Shown here in pieces: positions 36,152 to 43,878 of a stretch of 44,517 nucleotides of DNA. The notes under the pieces are model-generated. The model saw only the letters and a list, made by a program, of their open reading frames with translations. It ran no database searches and had not been told where the DNA came from. Made by a program: the position numbers and the translations under genes. The DNA comes from Escherichia phage vB_EcoM_SHAK7858: sequence record OR594183, one strand, 5' to 3'. How positions within the stretch are numbered: position 1 is the stretch's first letter; every line of letters begins with the position of its first letter.

Positions 36152-36180
36152 AGTATAGGATAGCGTGAATGTAAAAGCAA
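36152..36180 (-). promoter_or_regulatory. Leftward promoter (TTGCTT-N17-TATACT) for the replication-side operon
   Basis: Read on the minus strand; followed by an aaacaggag leader before the HTH gene. Confidence 0.4.
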
Positions 36181-36227
36181 CCAAAACACCACACAAAGTT
36201 ACTAATATACAAAAGATGCTAATGGTA

Positions 36228-36370
36228 TTGACTTTTACTAAGAAATGTGCTAAGCTCCACCTGAGCTTGTGAAGTATGAACAAGCGACCGCGGTGCGGCA
36301 GGAAACGGAGCGGTGCGTCAGCACTGAGTGTAGTGTCGCTGCCTGCATTCGGAAGGGCCATAATCTATTG
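36228..36370 (+). promoter_or_regulatory. Conserved promoter-leader element, copy 2 (TTGACT-N17-TAAGCT plus leader)
   Basis: Same length as copy 1 at 4645-4787, identical 51-nt core at 36243-36293, diverged centre retaining the 10-mer ctgagtgtag. Confidence 0.5.
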
Positions 36371-36457
36371 TAAATCCCGTCTAAATAACCCAAGTCACTA
36401 ATAATTAAAAGTTTCTATAGTTGCCGTAAGCAAGGTAGAGAGTACTTCACTCCGCTG

Positions 36458-36477
36458 GGGTGGGCTAAAGCCCACCC
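36458..36477 (+). other. GC-rich hairpin in the leader downstream of promoter-leader copy 2
   Basis: gggtgggc-taaa-gcccaccc, not followed by a clear T-run. Confidence 0.3.
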
Positions 36478-36536
36478 GCTGCGTTGCGTACTCTTTAAAG
36501 AAACAAAAGAATCACAACGGCAACGTAACTAATCTC

Positions 36537-36565
36537 TTGCACACCCCAACATAATAGGATACTAT
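36537..36565 (+). promoter_or_regulatory. Sigma70-like promoter (TTGCAC-N17-TACTAT) with embedded palindrome ATAATAG-N4-CTATTCA
   Basis: Palindrome at 36551-36568; about 35 nt upstream of the ATG at 36600. Confidence 0.45.
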
Positions 36566-36599
36566 TCACTTATCGAAACGAGACATAAGGAATTTAGAA

Positions 36600-36818
36600 A
36601 TGAACAAAGCGACCGCAAGCGTAGTTTCCGCAATCAAAGAAGTTTACGGCATCGATATCTCAGAGCGCGTAATTATCGGGAACAAGCGCAACTTCTTTAC
36701 GTTCGACACCGACGGAATGGATGAAAATGATTTTGTTAACGTACAACGTTTCGCTAACGGTAAAGGACTTCGTAACGAGCCAGCGGGTTACAAGAAATTT
36801 GCTATCTACTTTAAATAA
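36600..36818 (+). CDS. Hypothetical protein (72 aa)
   Basis: ORF with SD and upstream promoter. Confidence 0.5.
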   Translation: MNKATASVVSAIKEVYGIDISERVIIGNKRNFFTFDTDGMDENDFVNVQRFANGKGLRNEPAGYKKFAIYFK

Positions 36819-36836
36819 GACAGAGGAGTGATGGTT

Positions 36837-37022
36837 ATGTTTAAGAAGAGTCAGTTGGTTCGGAATAAATCCACCGGCGATTTATTTACGGTAATAGAGT
36901 CGGAGTTAATGTGGTTCGGTTTTGTAGAGGTTAATAGCGTAGTTGGGTTTGGTAAAGGGTTACTCCGTAAATGTGATTTAGAACTCATCGGCAACAATTT
37001 TAAATTCAAAGGGGCGAAGTGA
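36837..37022 (+). CDS. Hypothetical protein (61 aa), AT-rich
   Basis: ORF with SD agaggag; start chosen by spacing. Confidence 0.4.
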   Translation: MFKKSQLVRNKSTGDLFTVIESELMWFGFVEVNSVVGFGKGLLRKCDLELIGNNFKFKGAK

Positions 37023-37462
37023 TGATTAAGCTAGAGATTAAATCGAAAGAGACAAGACAAACCGTAGCCAGTAAAGAATTCAACAGTAAATCTGAAATTG
37101 GCCCCTGGCTAAAACAGTACGCACATTTGCAGACTGTTTACATCCTTCTGACGAAAGCAAGTGGTGTAGTCACTTTACTTGAACCGGCATCGAATCATGA
37201 TGCTTGTGCCGACGACTATGAGGGGGGGGGGGTTGCCGTGAATAATATTTTAATTGCGGGGGTTGGTATGAGTCCGTATAACGAATTCCGCTTACGCCGT
37301 CTGATTGGCGGTCTGCGCGCCGCCGAGTTTGGTGTTGAATGCCGGGAAAAGGCGAAGTACGCCCCGTGGAAGTCGTGGCATTTGGCTCATGCTAAGGCGG
37401 TAGCACAGTACCGTGAGTACAAGTTAAACAGTTTTCTTAAGCACCACGGGGTTGAGTTATGA
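37019..37462 (+). CDS. Hypothetical protein (147 aa) containing an 11-G homopolymer
   Basis: ORF overlapping the previous stop; poly-G at 37222-37232 encodes EGGGV. Confidence 0.45.
   Translation: MMIKLEIKSKETRQTVASKEFNSKSEIGPWLKQYAHLQTVYILLTKASGVVTLLEPASNHDACADDYEGGGVAVNNILIAGVGMSPYNEFRLRRLIGGLRAAEFGVECREKAKYAPWKSWHLAHAKAVAQYREYKLNSFLKHHGVEL
37222..37232 (+). repeat. Homopolymeric G11 tract inside a coding region
   Basis: Eleven consecutive G read directly; position confirmed against the ORF frame. Confidence 0.9.
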
Positions 37463-37605
37463 GAGAAGCATTTGAACGTCGGGCCGTTGCAGATGGTCTG
37501 CCTGTCAACAAGGGCTCGCGGAACGAGTACCTTAGCGCTAAGACGCGTCTCGCGTGGCGGATGTGGAAAGCTGGTGTGCAGTATGCGATGAATACGAGGT
37601 GAGAT

Positions 37606-37794
37606 ATGGGCGAGTGGATTAAGTGTAGCGAGCGGATGCCGGAGCCTTATGAATACGTTCTTGTAACTGATGGTTTTGTCGGTTGTGAGGTTATGCGTGT
37701 TAATTCAGATGGCTACTGGGGACCAGCGAAGAGTTTATACCACGGCGATATCTCCCACTGGATGCCCTTACCTGAGCCACCGGCGCCGGTGTAA
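37606..37794 (+). CDS. Hypothetical protein (62 aa)
   Basis: ORF with SD; terminator downstream. Confidence 0.45.
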   Translation: MGEWIKCSERMPEPYEYVLVTDGFVGCEVMRVNSDGYWGPAKSLYHGDISHWMPLPEPPAPV

Positions 37795-37828
37795 CAGGTC
37801 AATAGTTTACTATTTGGCTTTGTGACTT

Positions 37829-37866
37829 ACGCTGCTACACAGCAGCGTATCATTTTTCTCATTTTT
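37829..37866 (+). terminator. Rho-independent terminator
   Basis: acgctgct-acac-agcagcgt followed by atcatttttctcattttt. Confidence 0.6.
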
Positions 37867-37942
37867 GTTCTATTTCACCAAACGCAACAATCGAAGCGAC
37901 TATTGCAGGAGATGCAACAATACAAACACCAATAAAATTTAC

Positions 37943-37971
37943 TTGCACACTAAAATAGAATAGGCTACTAT
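37943..37971 (+). promoter_or_regulatory. Sigma70-like promoter (TTGCAC-N17-TACTAT) with embedded palindrome AGAATAG-N4-CTATTCA
   Basis: Palindrome at 37957-37974; followed by the aaacgagaggagagacagag leader. Confidence 0.45.
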
Positions 37972-38001
37972 TCATTTACACAAACGAGAGGAGAGACAGA
38001 G

Positions 38002-38151
38002 ATGGTTACTTTAATGGTTGTGGAATTCGAAAACAGCACTGCAACTTACCGCGAGATGACTATGGCGCAGGCGTATCACCTGGCCTCAAACGGCAACTTC
38101 TACAAGGCGCAAATCATCAATGAGTTCGGGGTAATTGACTATGAATTTTAA
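38002..38151 (+). CDS. Hypothetical protein (49 aa, below the ORF-track cutoff)
   Basis: Uninterrupted frame preceded by the conserved leader and SD gaggag. Confidence 0.4.
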   Translation: MVTLMVVEFENSTATYREMTMAQAYHLASNGNFYKAQIINEFGVIDYEF

Positions 38152-38413
38152 CAGTTACACCGTTACCGTTGATTTTGAGGGGCTGGAGCTGCCCCTCCCC
38201 AACAACTACCGGTATATCTCACGCGACTGTAACGGGTTTATTCAGGGGTGGAGGAACAAACCAACAGACACTGAGTTCGGGATGTCAGGAGGAGAAGAGC
38301 TGCCGATCACGTTCGGGCACCAAAGTAGTAATGAAGAGCTTAAAACTGTGATTCGTAAGTATCGCCGCCGCGGTAATACTGGGCTTATAGCAATAACAGG
38401 CGCTGTTGAATAA
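38141..38413 (+). CDS. Hypothetical protein (90 aa)
   Basis: ORF; start chosen at the ATG rather than the upstream TTG of the track. Confidence 0.4.
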   Translation: MNFNSYTVTVDFEGLELPLPNNYRYISRDCNGFIQGWRNKPTDTEFGMSGGEELPITFGHQSSNEELKTVIRKYRRRGNTGLIAITGAVE

Positions 38414-38431
38414 ACGAGAGGAGAGACAGAG

Positions 38432-39181
38432 ATGAGTAACAAAAACGAAGTATTCGAGTACCTGATTGATCAACTACGGCAGCAGGTAAATAAGAAAGAT
38501 GTCACATCTTTCAATGTGTCTGTGCAGATATCCGACCTTGATGAGGTCAAGCAGGTAATTCACAACCTACAGCAGCATATCGCAGGTAAGGATGACGAAA
38601 TACGTGCGCTGAAAGACAGTTTACGGCAGCAGGTAAATAGCAACCAGTGCGAAGACCTGGCGCATGAGGTGCAGTCACTAAAGAATCAGTTACGTGATGC
38701 TTCGGCGCTGGTGGCGGAGTTGCAGGAAGACAACATTAAGAAATCCGACCATATATCACATCTGACCGGGCAATTGTCCGCATATCGCAATGATGCGTTG
38801 CGCTTTCAAGCGCAAGTCGGGGACCTGGTAAAACGACTGGCTAAGGTCACTGGCGACGAGTCTGTGCAGATTAAGGAGTTGACGCTCGCGCTAGATAGTT
38901 TAGATAACGAGGTTATGTGTCTTCGTTCAATCGTTGACCTGGACCCTAAAGGCGCGATTGGGTACATCCGGCGGGCAAATAGTGCAATGACTGACACCCT
39001 GCGCCGCCAATACCTTAGCAAAGCACTTGAGGAACTCGGATGTAAGGATGCGCCAGAACAATCCGGTTGCCGAAAGGAAGACGCTCAACTACCTGTATGC
39101 TCGTGCATTCCGGCTCACTGCGGAACTTACTACGGCAACACTGTAGTCTGTGATAACTGTGGTGGAGCTATAACCGAATGA
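38432..39181 (+). CDS. Coiled-coil protein with C-terminal Cys-rich (zinc-ribbon-like) tail
   Basis: Heptad-like Gln/Leu/Glu-rich N-terminal two-thirds; CSCIPAHCG...CDNCG at the C-terminus; shares a 28-aa motif with the ORF at 41656. Confidence 0.5.
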   Translation: MSNKNEVFEYLIDQLRQQVNKKDVTSFNVSVQISDLDEVKQVIHNLQQHIAGKDDEIRALKDSLRQQVNSNQCEDLAHEVQSLKNQLRDASALVAELQEDNIKKSDHISHLTGQLSAYRNDALRFQAQVGDLVKRLAKVTGDESVQIKELTLALDSLDNEVMCLRSIVDLDPKGAIGYIRRANSAMTDTLRRQYLSKALEELGCKDAPEQSGCRKEDAQLPVCSCIPAHCGTYYGNTVVCDNCGGAITE

Positions 39182-39381
39182 CCAGCATCTTATTTATCTG
39201 GGTATTGTCGGCAGGCCAGATGCAACTAGCGGCATCAGAAACGTTTTACTCGATGGAGGCGTGCCAGTCAGCGGCACGCGCCGCAGAGAACGCGCACTTC
39301 CTGTTTCAGGGCGACAAGCCCAACGATTCAGAGGTACGAGCTATCTGCTCACCTAAGCGACTTGGTAAACAGGAGAAGTGA
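39178..39381 (+). CDS. Hypothetical small protein with signal-peptide-like N-terminus
   Basis: Hydrophobic N-terminal stretch MTSILFIWVLSAGQMQLAASE. Confidence 0.4.
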   Translation: MTSILFIWVLSAGQMQLAASETFYSMEACQSAARAAENAHFLFQGDKPNDSEVRAICSPKRLGKQEK

Positions 39382-39566
39382 TTATGGTGCAGAGATATAC
39401 CTACGACCAGATATTCGGGTTTACTCCTGATGTTGAGGGCGTGTTAGTGCTTTACGAAGATTACGCGAAACTTGAAGCTGAGTTACAGAAATACAAAGAC
39501 CAGTACCCTGATTACGTCGAGTGCGCGAACTGTGGGTCGGTTACACATGTGGAGGGGGTGGAGTGA
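39378..39566 (+). CDS. Hypothetical small protein (62 aa)
   Basis: ORF with CANCG motif. Confidence 0.4.
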   Translation: MIMVQRYTYDQIFGFTPDVEGVLVLYEDYAKLEAELQKYKDQYPDYVECANCGSVTHVEGVE

Positions 39567-39859
39567 TGTCGTTAGCAACTGACATCCTGAAACGAAGCGG
39601 CCTTGCGCCGCTGTCACCGAGAGCGAAGACACGTATACACAAGCGTCGCCGTAACGTGCTGTACCCAGAGATACAAGAACGGCGTAAAGCTATCCGCGCC
39701 TGTGGATTCCAGAACGGAAAGGCCGTGAATCTAGGAGAGTTTAAAACACAGGAACGCGCGGCAATCGCTAATCGGTTATTTAATTACTGGAAATCGCTCG
39801 GATACGATGATATTCCGACTAAACCGCAGAGACGACAATACATCTGGCGTCATAAATAA
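39566..39859 (+). CDS. Hypothetical basic protein (97 aa)
   Basis: ORF with SD ggaggggg; start chosen at the ATG rather than the earlier track start. Confidence 0.4.
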   Translation: MSLATDILKRSGLAPLSPRAKTRIHKRRRNVLYPEIQERRKAIRACGFQNGKAVNLGEFKTQERAAIANRLFNYWKSLGYDDIPTKPQRRQYIWRHK

Positions 39860-39889
39860 ACCGTTATTAAGATAATTCCTAACCGTGCT

Positions 39890-39929
39890 ATCCTCCAGTT
39901 ACTGCATACTTAATACGCACCTGGAGGAT
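39890..39929 (+). promoter_or_regulatory. Perfect 9-bp inverted repeat (atcctccag ... ctggaggat) whose 3' arm contains the holin Shine-Dalgarno
   Basis: Arms separated by 22 nt; GGAGGA lies in the 3' arm, 6 nt before the TTG start at 39935. Confidence 0.45.
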
Positions 39930-39934
39930 TCATC

Positions 39935-40243
39935 TTGGATAAATTTACTGAAACAGTGACGGGGTGGCTTCTCGCTGCCGCATTAGCTGGTGGGGTAATA
40001 GGCTTACGGCAACACAAAGCCACTATTACCGGCCCTGTAGATGCTCTCTGTTTTCTCGCCACTGGCTTTGCGTGCGCCGTATTCGGTGCGCCTCTCGCCG
40101 CTCAATGGTTCGGTATCGCAGGTGAACGCGAAATAGCGGGCCTTGGATTCATCATTGCTATTCTCTGGATGCCAATTTATTCACGTCTCTCTGGCATTGT
40201 CGCTGGAGAATACATCGCACGTCGCGGAGGTGGTAATGAATGA
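39935..40243 (+). CDS. Holin (three predicted TM segments), TTG start
   Basis: 102 aa with three hydrophobic helices and a charged C-terminus; precedes a second membrane protein and the lysozyme. Confidence 0.55.
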   Translation: MDKFTETVTGWLLAAALAGGVIGLRQHKATITGPVDALCFLATGFACAVFGAPLAAQWFGIAGEREIAGLGFIIAILWMPIYSRLSGIVAGEYIARRGGGNE

Positions 40244-40508
40244 GTTATTCTGGTTTGGTGGTATGCTCGCAATCGGGAGCACATCGCTGTTTAACGTATA
40301 CCACCCCAGCGTAGATGATGGCCTGTTCGGGCGTGTGCTTTATATTCTGACTGCTATTGTCTGCGCCGCCGGATGTATCCACCTGTTACAGGGCAGCATG
40401 TCACCTACGCTGCCTGAGACATTAATTACATTAGTTGCGCTGCGTCAGATTCGTCAGGCGTGGCTGTCGTACGGAGGACATAAGCGTGTCTCGAAACATT
40501 TCAGATAA
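40236..40508 (+). CDS. Small membrane protein (second holin or antiholin-like component)
   Basis: Two hydrophobic helices; ATGAATGA overlap with the holin stop; SD ggagg. Confidence 0.45.
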   Translation: MNELFWFGGMLAIGSTSLFNVYHPSVDDGLFGRVLYILTAIVCAAGCIHLLQGSMSPTLPETLITLVALRQIRQAWLSYGGHKRVSKHFR

Positions 40509-41001
40509 TGGACTTAGCCATGACTATGTTCGTAGCGTTTTAGAATACAACCCTGACACAGGATTATTCACGTGGCTTAAGACGGTTAGTTCAAAAGCCC
40601 CTAAAGGGACTGTGCCTGACGGGATAGACCCGGACGGGTATAAAGTAATCATGCTCAAAGGTAAATACCTACGGCAACACAGGCTTGCATGGTTTTATAT
40701 GACCGGAGAGTGGCCGATAGGGCAGATAGACCACCGGAACGGGGTAAGAGACGATAATAGGTTTTGTAACCTGAGAGAATGTGATTCGCAGGATAACAAC
40801 CGCAACCGTGGGCTGTCGCGCAACAACACCAGTGGGGTATCAGGAGTCCATAGACAGCAAGGGAAATGGATGGTAAGAATCCGTTTGCAAAAAGGTGTGC
40901 GCAAGTTTTTCGGTTACTTCGATGACCTTGAGTTCGCTGAGTTAGTAGCTAGCGAAGCCCGAGATAAATATCACAAGGAGTTCTCTTTATGCGCTCGATG
41001 A
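40486..41001 (+). CDS. HNH homing endonuclease with AP2-like DNA-binding domain, GTG start
   Basis: QHRLAW...IDHRNG..DDNR..NLRECD..NNRN HNH core followed by GVSGVHRQQGKWMVRIRLQKGVRKFFGYFDD; SD ggagg 8 nt before the GTG. Confidence 0.8.
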   Translation: MSRNISDNGLSHDYVRSVLEYNPDTGLFTWLKTVSSKAPKGTVPDGIDPDGYKVIMLKGKYLRQHRLAWFYMTGEWPIGQIDHRNGVRDDNRFCNLRECDSQDNNRNRGLSRNNTSGVSGVHRQQGKWMVRIRLQKGVRKFFGYFDDLEFAELVASEARDKYHKEFSLCAR

Positions 41002-41474
41002 GTGACAACGGCCTCAAGTTTACTGCGGCTTGGGAAGATTTCCGTGGGACCGCCTACCGCGCGACACCTTCGGAAAAATACTTAACCATAGGCTACGGAA
41101 GCTATGGCCCTCATGTGTATGAAGGACAGACCATCACACCAGGGCAAGGCCTCCTGTTACTGAATCGTGATATGGCTAAAGCCGTTGCTGCGGTCGATGC
41201 GGCAGCACACCATTCGCTTACACAGGCGCAGTTCGACGCTGTGTGTGACCTGGTATACAACGCAGGTGCTGGTGTGATTGCTGCTACTACCGGCACGGGT
41301 AAGGCACTGCGTTCTGGTGATATTGCAACGCTGCGGGCTAAGCTGGCGCTGTTCATCAACCAGAACGGCAAACCGTTACTAGGCCTGCGTCGCCGTACCG
41401 CCGGTCGTCTGGCGCTGTTCGACGGTAAACCGTGGCAAGAGGCAGAGGCTATCGGGCGCGCGGTGAAAGGTTGA
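40989..41474 (+). CDS. Endolysin, lysozyme-type muramidase
   Basis: N-terminal catalytic pattern (E in WEDF, D/T, TIGYG) reminiscent of phage lysozymes; SD aaggag; terminator downstream. Confidence 0.7.
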   Translation: MRSMSDNGLKFTAAWEDFRGTAYRATPSEKYLTIGYGSYGPHVYEGQTITPGQGLLLLNRDMAKAVAAVDAAAHHSLTQAQFDAVCDLVYNAGAGVIAATTGTGKALRSGDIATLRAKLALFINQNGKPLLGLRRRTAGRLALFDGKPWQEAEAIGRAVKG

Positions 41475-41540
41475 CACCTAAGACTAATCCGACGATACTT
41501 AAATCACCTCCTGCTCCATCCCTCTGCTCTCCAGTTTTAT

Positions 41541-41570
41541 CCCGGCCCTGACCCAGCCGGGATTTTTTTT
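41541..41570 (+). terminator. Rho-independent terminator after the endolysin gene
   Basis: cccggc-cctgaccca-gccggg followed by a T8 run. Confidence 0.7.
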
Positions 41571-41592
41571 ATCTATTTTCTGTGATGACTAG

Positions 41593-41621
41593 TTGACTAT
41601 TATCCTCGACCCTATTATATT
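41593..41621 (+). promoter_or_regulatory. Sigma70-like promoter (TTGACT-N17-TATATT) carrying two CTATTAT half-sites
   Basis: Hexamers and spacing; followed by an acaacgagaacggag leader. Confidence 0.45.
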
Positions 41622-41655
41622 TACTTCATCGACAACGAGAACGGAGTAGAGAGAA

Positions 41656-41856
41656 ATGGGCAACGTATCGACGATAGAAATAACCGAAGAACTCGAAGTT
41701 AAATGTATCGCATCAGCTATAATAGGGAATGGTTCGGTGGAAAAACTACAGATGAGGGCTGCTGCGGGCTACATACGCAGGGCTAATAGCGCGCAGACTG
41801 ATGTTTTACGTAAACGTTACCCCGTGAAAGCGTTAGAAATACTGGAGAATAACTAA
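41656..41856 (+). CDS. Hypothetical protein (66 aa) sharing a motif with the 38432 ORF
   Basis: GYIRRANSAQTDVLRKRYPVKALE matches GYIRRANSAMTDTLRRQYLSKALE. Confidence 0.45.
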   Translation: MGNVSTIEITEELEVKCIASAIIGNGSVEKLQMRAAAGYIRRANSAQTDVLRKRYPVKALEILENN

Positions 41857-42005
41857 TGAAAATCACAGATATCGAAGCATTCAAAGACGCGCAACTGATG
41901 GCGCGCATCGCAGTTAGTAACCTGAGCAACAGCATTCCTGCGGGCGCGTTCTGGTTCGCTGCTATGCAGACACTTAAAGCAGCTTATGCAGGAGAGAAGA
42001 AATGA
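41856..42005 (+). CDS. Hypothetical protein (49 aa, below the ORF-track cutoff)
   Basis: Uninterrupted frame with TAATG and ATGA coupling to both neighbours. Confidence 0.35.
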   Translation: MKITDIEAFKDAQLMARIAVSNLSNSIPAGAFWFAAMQTLKAAYAGEKK

Positions 42006-42199
42006 AAGTTAAAGCCGCTAAAATTCTCTGGTTAGCCGCCCTTGACTATGTGACAGAGGGTAAAGTGTATGATGTATACAACCCGACAGCTACTGGTTTC
42101 GGTTATATAGACTCCGACGACGACTGCCATATTTTCATAGACTTTGGTAACGATGAAGGTGATGGCTTCCACGGCGTTAAATGGGAGATTGTAGAATGA
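42002..42199 (+). CDS. Hypothetical protein (65 aa)
   Basis: ORF, translationally coupled. Confidence 0.45.
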   Translation: MKVKAAKILWLAALDYVTEGKVYDVYNPTATGFGYIDSDDDCHIFIDFGNDEGDGFHGVKWEIVE

Positions 42200-42354
42200 G
42201 CGAACAAGGTCAAGTAAGCCAACCACTACGGGTAGGCCGTAAAGTCAGCCACACCCCGTTCCCGACACGCGAGGAACTGATGAAACGTAACAGTTTCCCT
42301 GGGCCGGACAAGAACAAGTATCTCAATCGCATGTGGGGAGAGCGTAAAGTATGA
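42196..42354 (+). CDS. Hypothetical protein (52 aa, below the ORF-track cutoff)
   Basis: Uninterrupted frame with ATGA coupling on both sides. Confidence 0.35.
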   Translation: MSEQGQVSQPLRVGRKVSHTPFPTREELMKRNSFPGPDKNKYLNRMWGERKV

Positions 42355-42575
42355 CTAATAACGAATATGAAAAAGCATGCGTCGAATCCGCGACCGGTGA
42401 ATCTGAAATAGCGTGGATTGACACCCACATCGAACACCACTTACGGCAGGTGGATAATCTTATGGAACGCCGCCGTGAGCTGATTAGCCGCTTCAACATG
42501 AACAAGGGGCGCGCTATTTCTGACGATTTCGATGGGGATTACCGAAATGGCGATTTTTATGAGGGAGCCGAATAA
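42351..42575 (+). CDS. Hypothetical protein (74 aa)
   Basis: ORF, translationally coupled. Confidence 0.45.
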   Translation: MTNNEYEKACVESATGESEIAWIDTHIEHHLRQVDNLMERRRELISRFNMNKGRAISDDFDGDYRNGDFYEGAE

Positions 42576-42865
42576 TGCCTAAAATCACAATCGCGTCACT
42601 TGAGCGTCGTATTCTGGTCCTTGAGTCAGAGAAACAGACGTTAGGCGGGCAACTGTCAATTAACGGTGAGTTTCAACTGGAGGCGTTTAAGGAGTTACTG
42701 GCTATTAAGACGCAAGAACCGAACGTGTACGCGGGGTTGTTCGTCGGTGAAGACAGTTCTTCGCTGGCTTATTACAACACGGCAACCGCAGCTTCAAAGG
42801 ATGGGGCTGATGTGATAATCCCGCTGTACGACAATGTTGTCGGACCAGAAGATGAAAGCGCCTGA
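42575..42865 (+). CDS. Hypothetical protein (96 aa)
   Basis: ORF, translationally coupled. Confidence 0.45.
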   Translation: MPKITIASLERRILVLESEKQTLGGQLSINGEFQLEAFKELLAIKTQEPNVYAGLFVGEDSSSLAYYNTATAASKDGADVIIPLYDNVVGPEDESA

Positions 42866-43034
42866 ACCGGTAGTTATTGATGGCGTCCTGTGGAAACCAT
42901 ACTCGGTTAACCACATCGACGCCGACGGGAAGAAGTTCAGCTTCTACATTTTTGCAATTAGCCGTGAGCATGCTGCCTGTGTGGTCGATGATATACGAGA
43001 AACGGCGTGGCTCGGTGATGAGATAGTGGGGTAA
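42852..43034 (+). CDS. Hypothetical protein (60 aa)
   Basis: ORF; start chosen at an internal ATG of the track ORF. Confidence 0.35.
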   Translation: MKAPEPVVIDGVLWKPYSVNHIDADGKKFSFYIFAISREHAACVVDDIRETAWLGDEIVG

Positions 43035-43121
43035 GAGTATGAGTCTTGAGGTTGTTATTGGCCTGGTCGGTCTTAGTTACTTCATCGGACTATTGGTTGG
43101 GTTTCTGTGGGGCAGATACTA

Positions 43122-43292
43122 ATGTTCAGTGACATCAACGCAGCAATCGAAGAGGCAATCTGGCGACGCTACAACGGCGAGCAGCAACGGCACTTCTGCC
43201 TGGTGCAACGCGGCAACATGGTCGCCGTAGTGCAGGACCGCGATAACAAATATCCGAATGCGATGTGGACGACGAGGAATTTCTTAGGATGA
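43122..43292 (+). CDS. Hypothetical protein (56 aa)
   Basis: ORF; start chosen at the ATG. Confidence 0.35.
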   Translation: MFSDINAAIEEAIWRRYNGEQQRHFCLVQRGNMVAVVQDRDNKYPNAMWTTRNFLG

Positions 43293-43525
43293 TTACCAGC
43301 ATTCCTAACCTTATTAAAGAATTTGGCACGATGGCGGAGACGTGCCGACAAACAGGCCTCAACGAAATGACGATTGCGAAGTACAGCAAAGACGTGAAAT
43401 GCGAGCGCCATGTAATTTATAATAACCGCCTTATGACGCACGTTAAGACAAGCCCGGTGTTATTCACGCGCCGTGGTATCACTAAAACAGAGCAACGCAT
43501 TGCGCGAGAGGAGAGCGGGGAATGA
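43289..43525 (+). CDS. Hypothetical protein (78 aa)
   Basis: ORF; ATGA coupling. Confidence 0.4.
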   Translation: MITSIPNLIKEFGTMAETCRQTGLNEMTIAKYSKDVKCERHVIYNNRLMTHVKTSPVLFTRRGITKTEQRIAREESGE

Positions 43526-43794
43526 TTGAATATGATAACTACCACATAAACCGGTGTGAGGCACTTGAATTTTTGTCCAGAAACTTCCACGATTTCCCAG
43601 AACACATGCCTAATGTACGCGAAGTTGCGGAGGGTATTTCCGAGAACATATTCAAAGGCTGGCGATTCGTCGTTATTGATTCTGGTGAGTTGGTTTTCGC
43701 TGATTGCCTTTCACCATGTATTCGTAAAATAGACCTTGAGGAATTTAATGCAACTTTTAGTCTTTCCGAATGCCTGGGTTATAGCGGTAGCTAA
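43522..43794 (+). CDS. Hypothetical protein (90 aa)
   Basis: ORF followed by a terminator. Confidence 0.45.
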   Translation: MIEYDNYHINRCEALEFLSRNFHDFPEHMPNVREVAEGISENIFKGWRFVVIDSGELVFADCLSPCIRKIDLEEFNATFSLSECLGYSGS

Positions 43795-43854
43795 CGACCA
43801 TTACGGCGGCGACGGTAAACGAGCGCCACGCCACGGCCTATATAACTGATACAA

Positions 43855-43878
43855 GCCCTCTACGGAGGGCTTTTCTGT
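43855..43878 (+). terminator. Rho-independent terminator
   Basis: gccctc-tacg-gagggc followed by ttttctgt. Confidence 0.65.

Noticed and set aside
37890-37935. Possible replication-origin iterons (two gcaacaat copies)
   Set aside because: Only two short copies in an AT-rich promoter region; too little to separate from chance.
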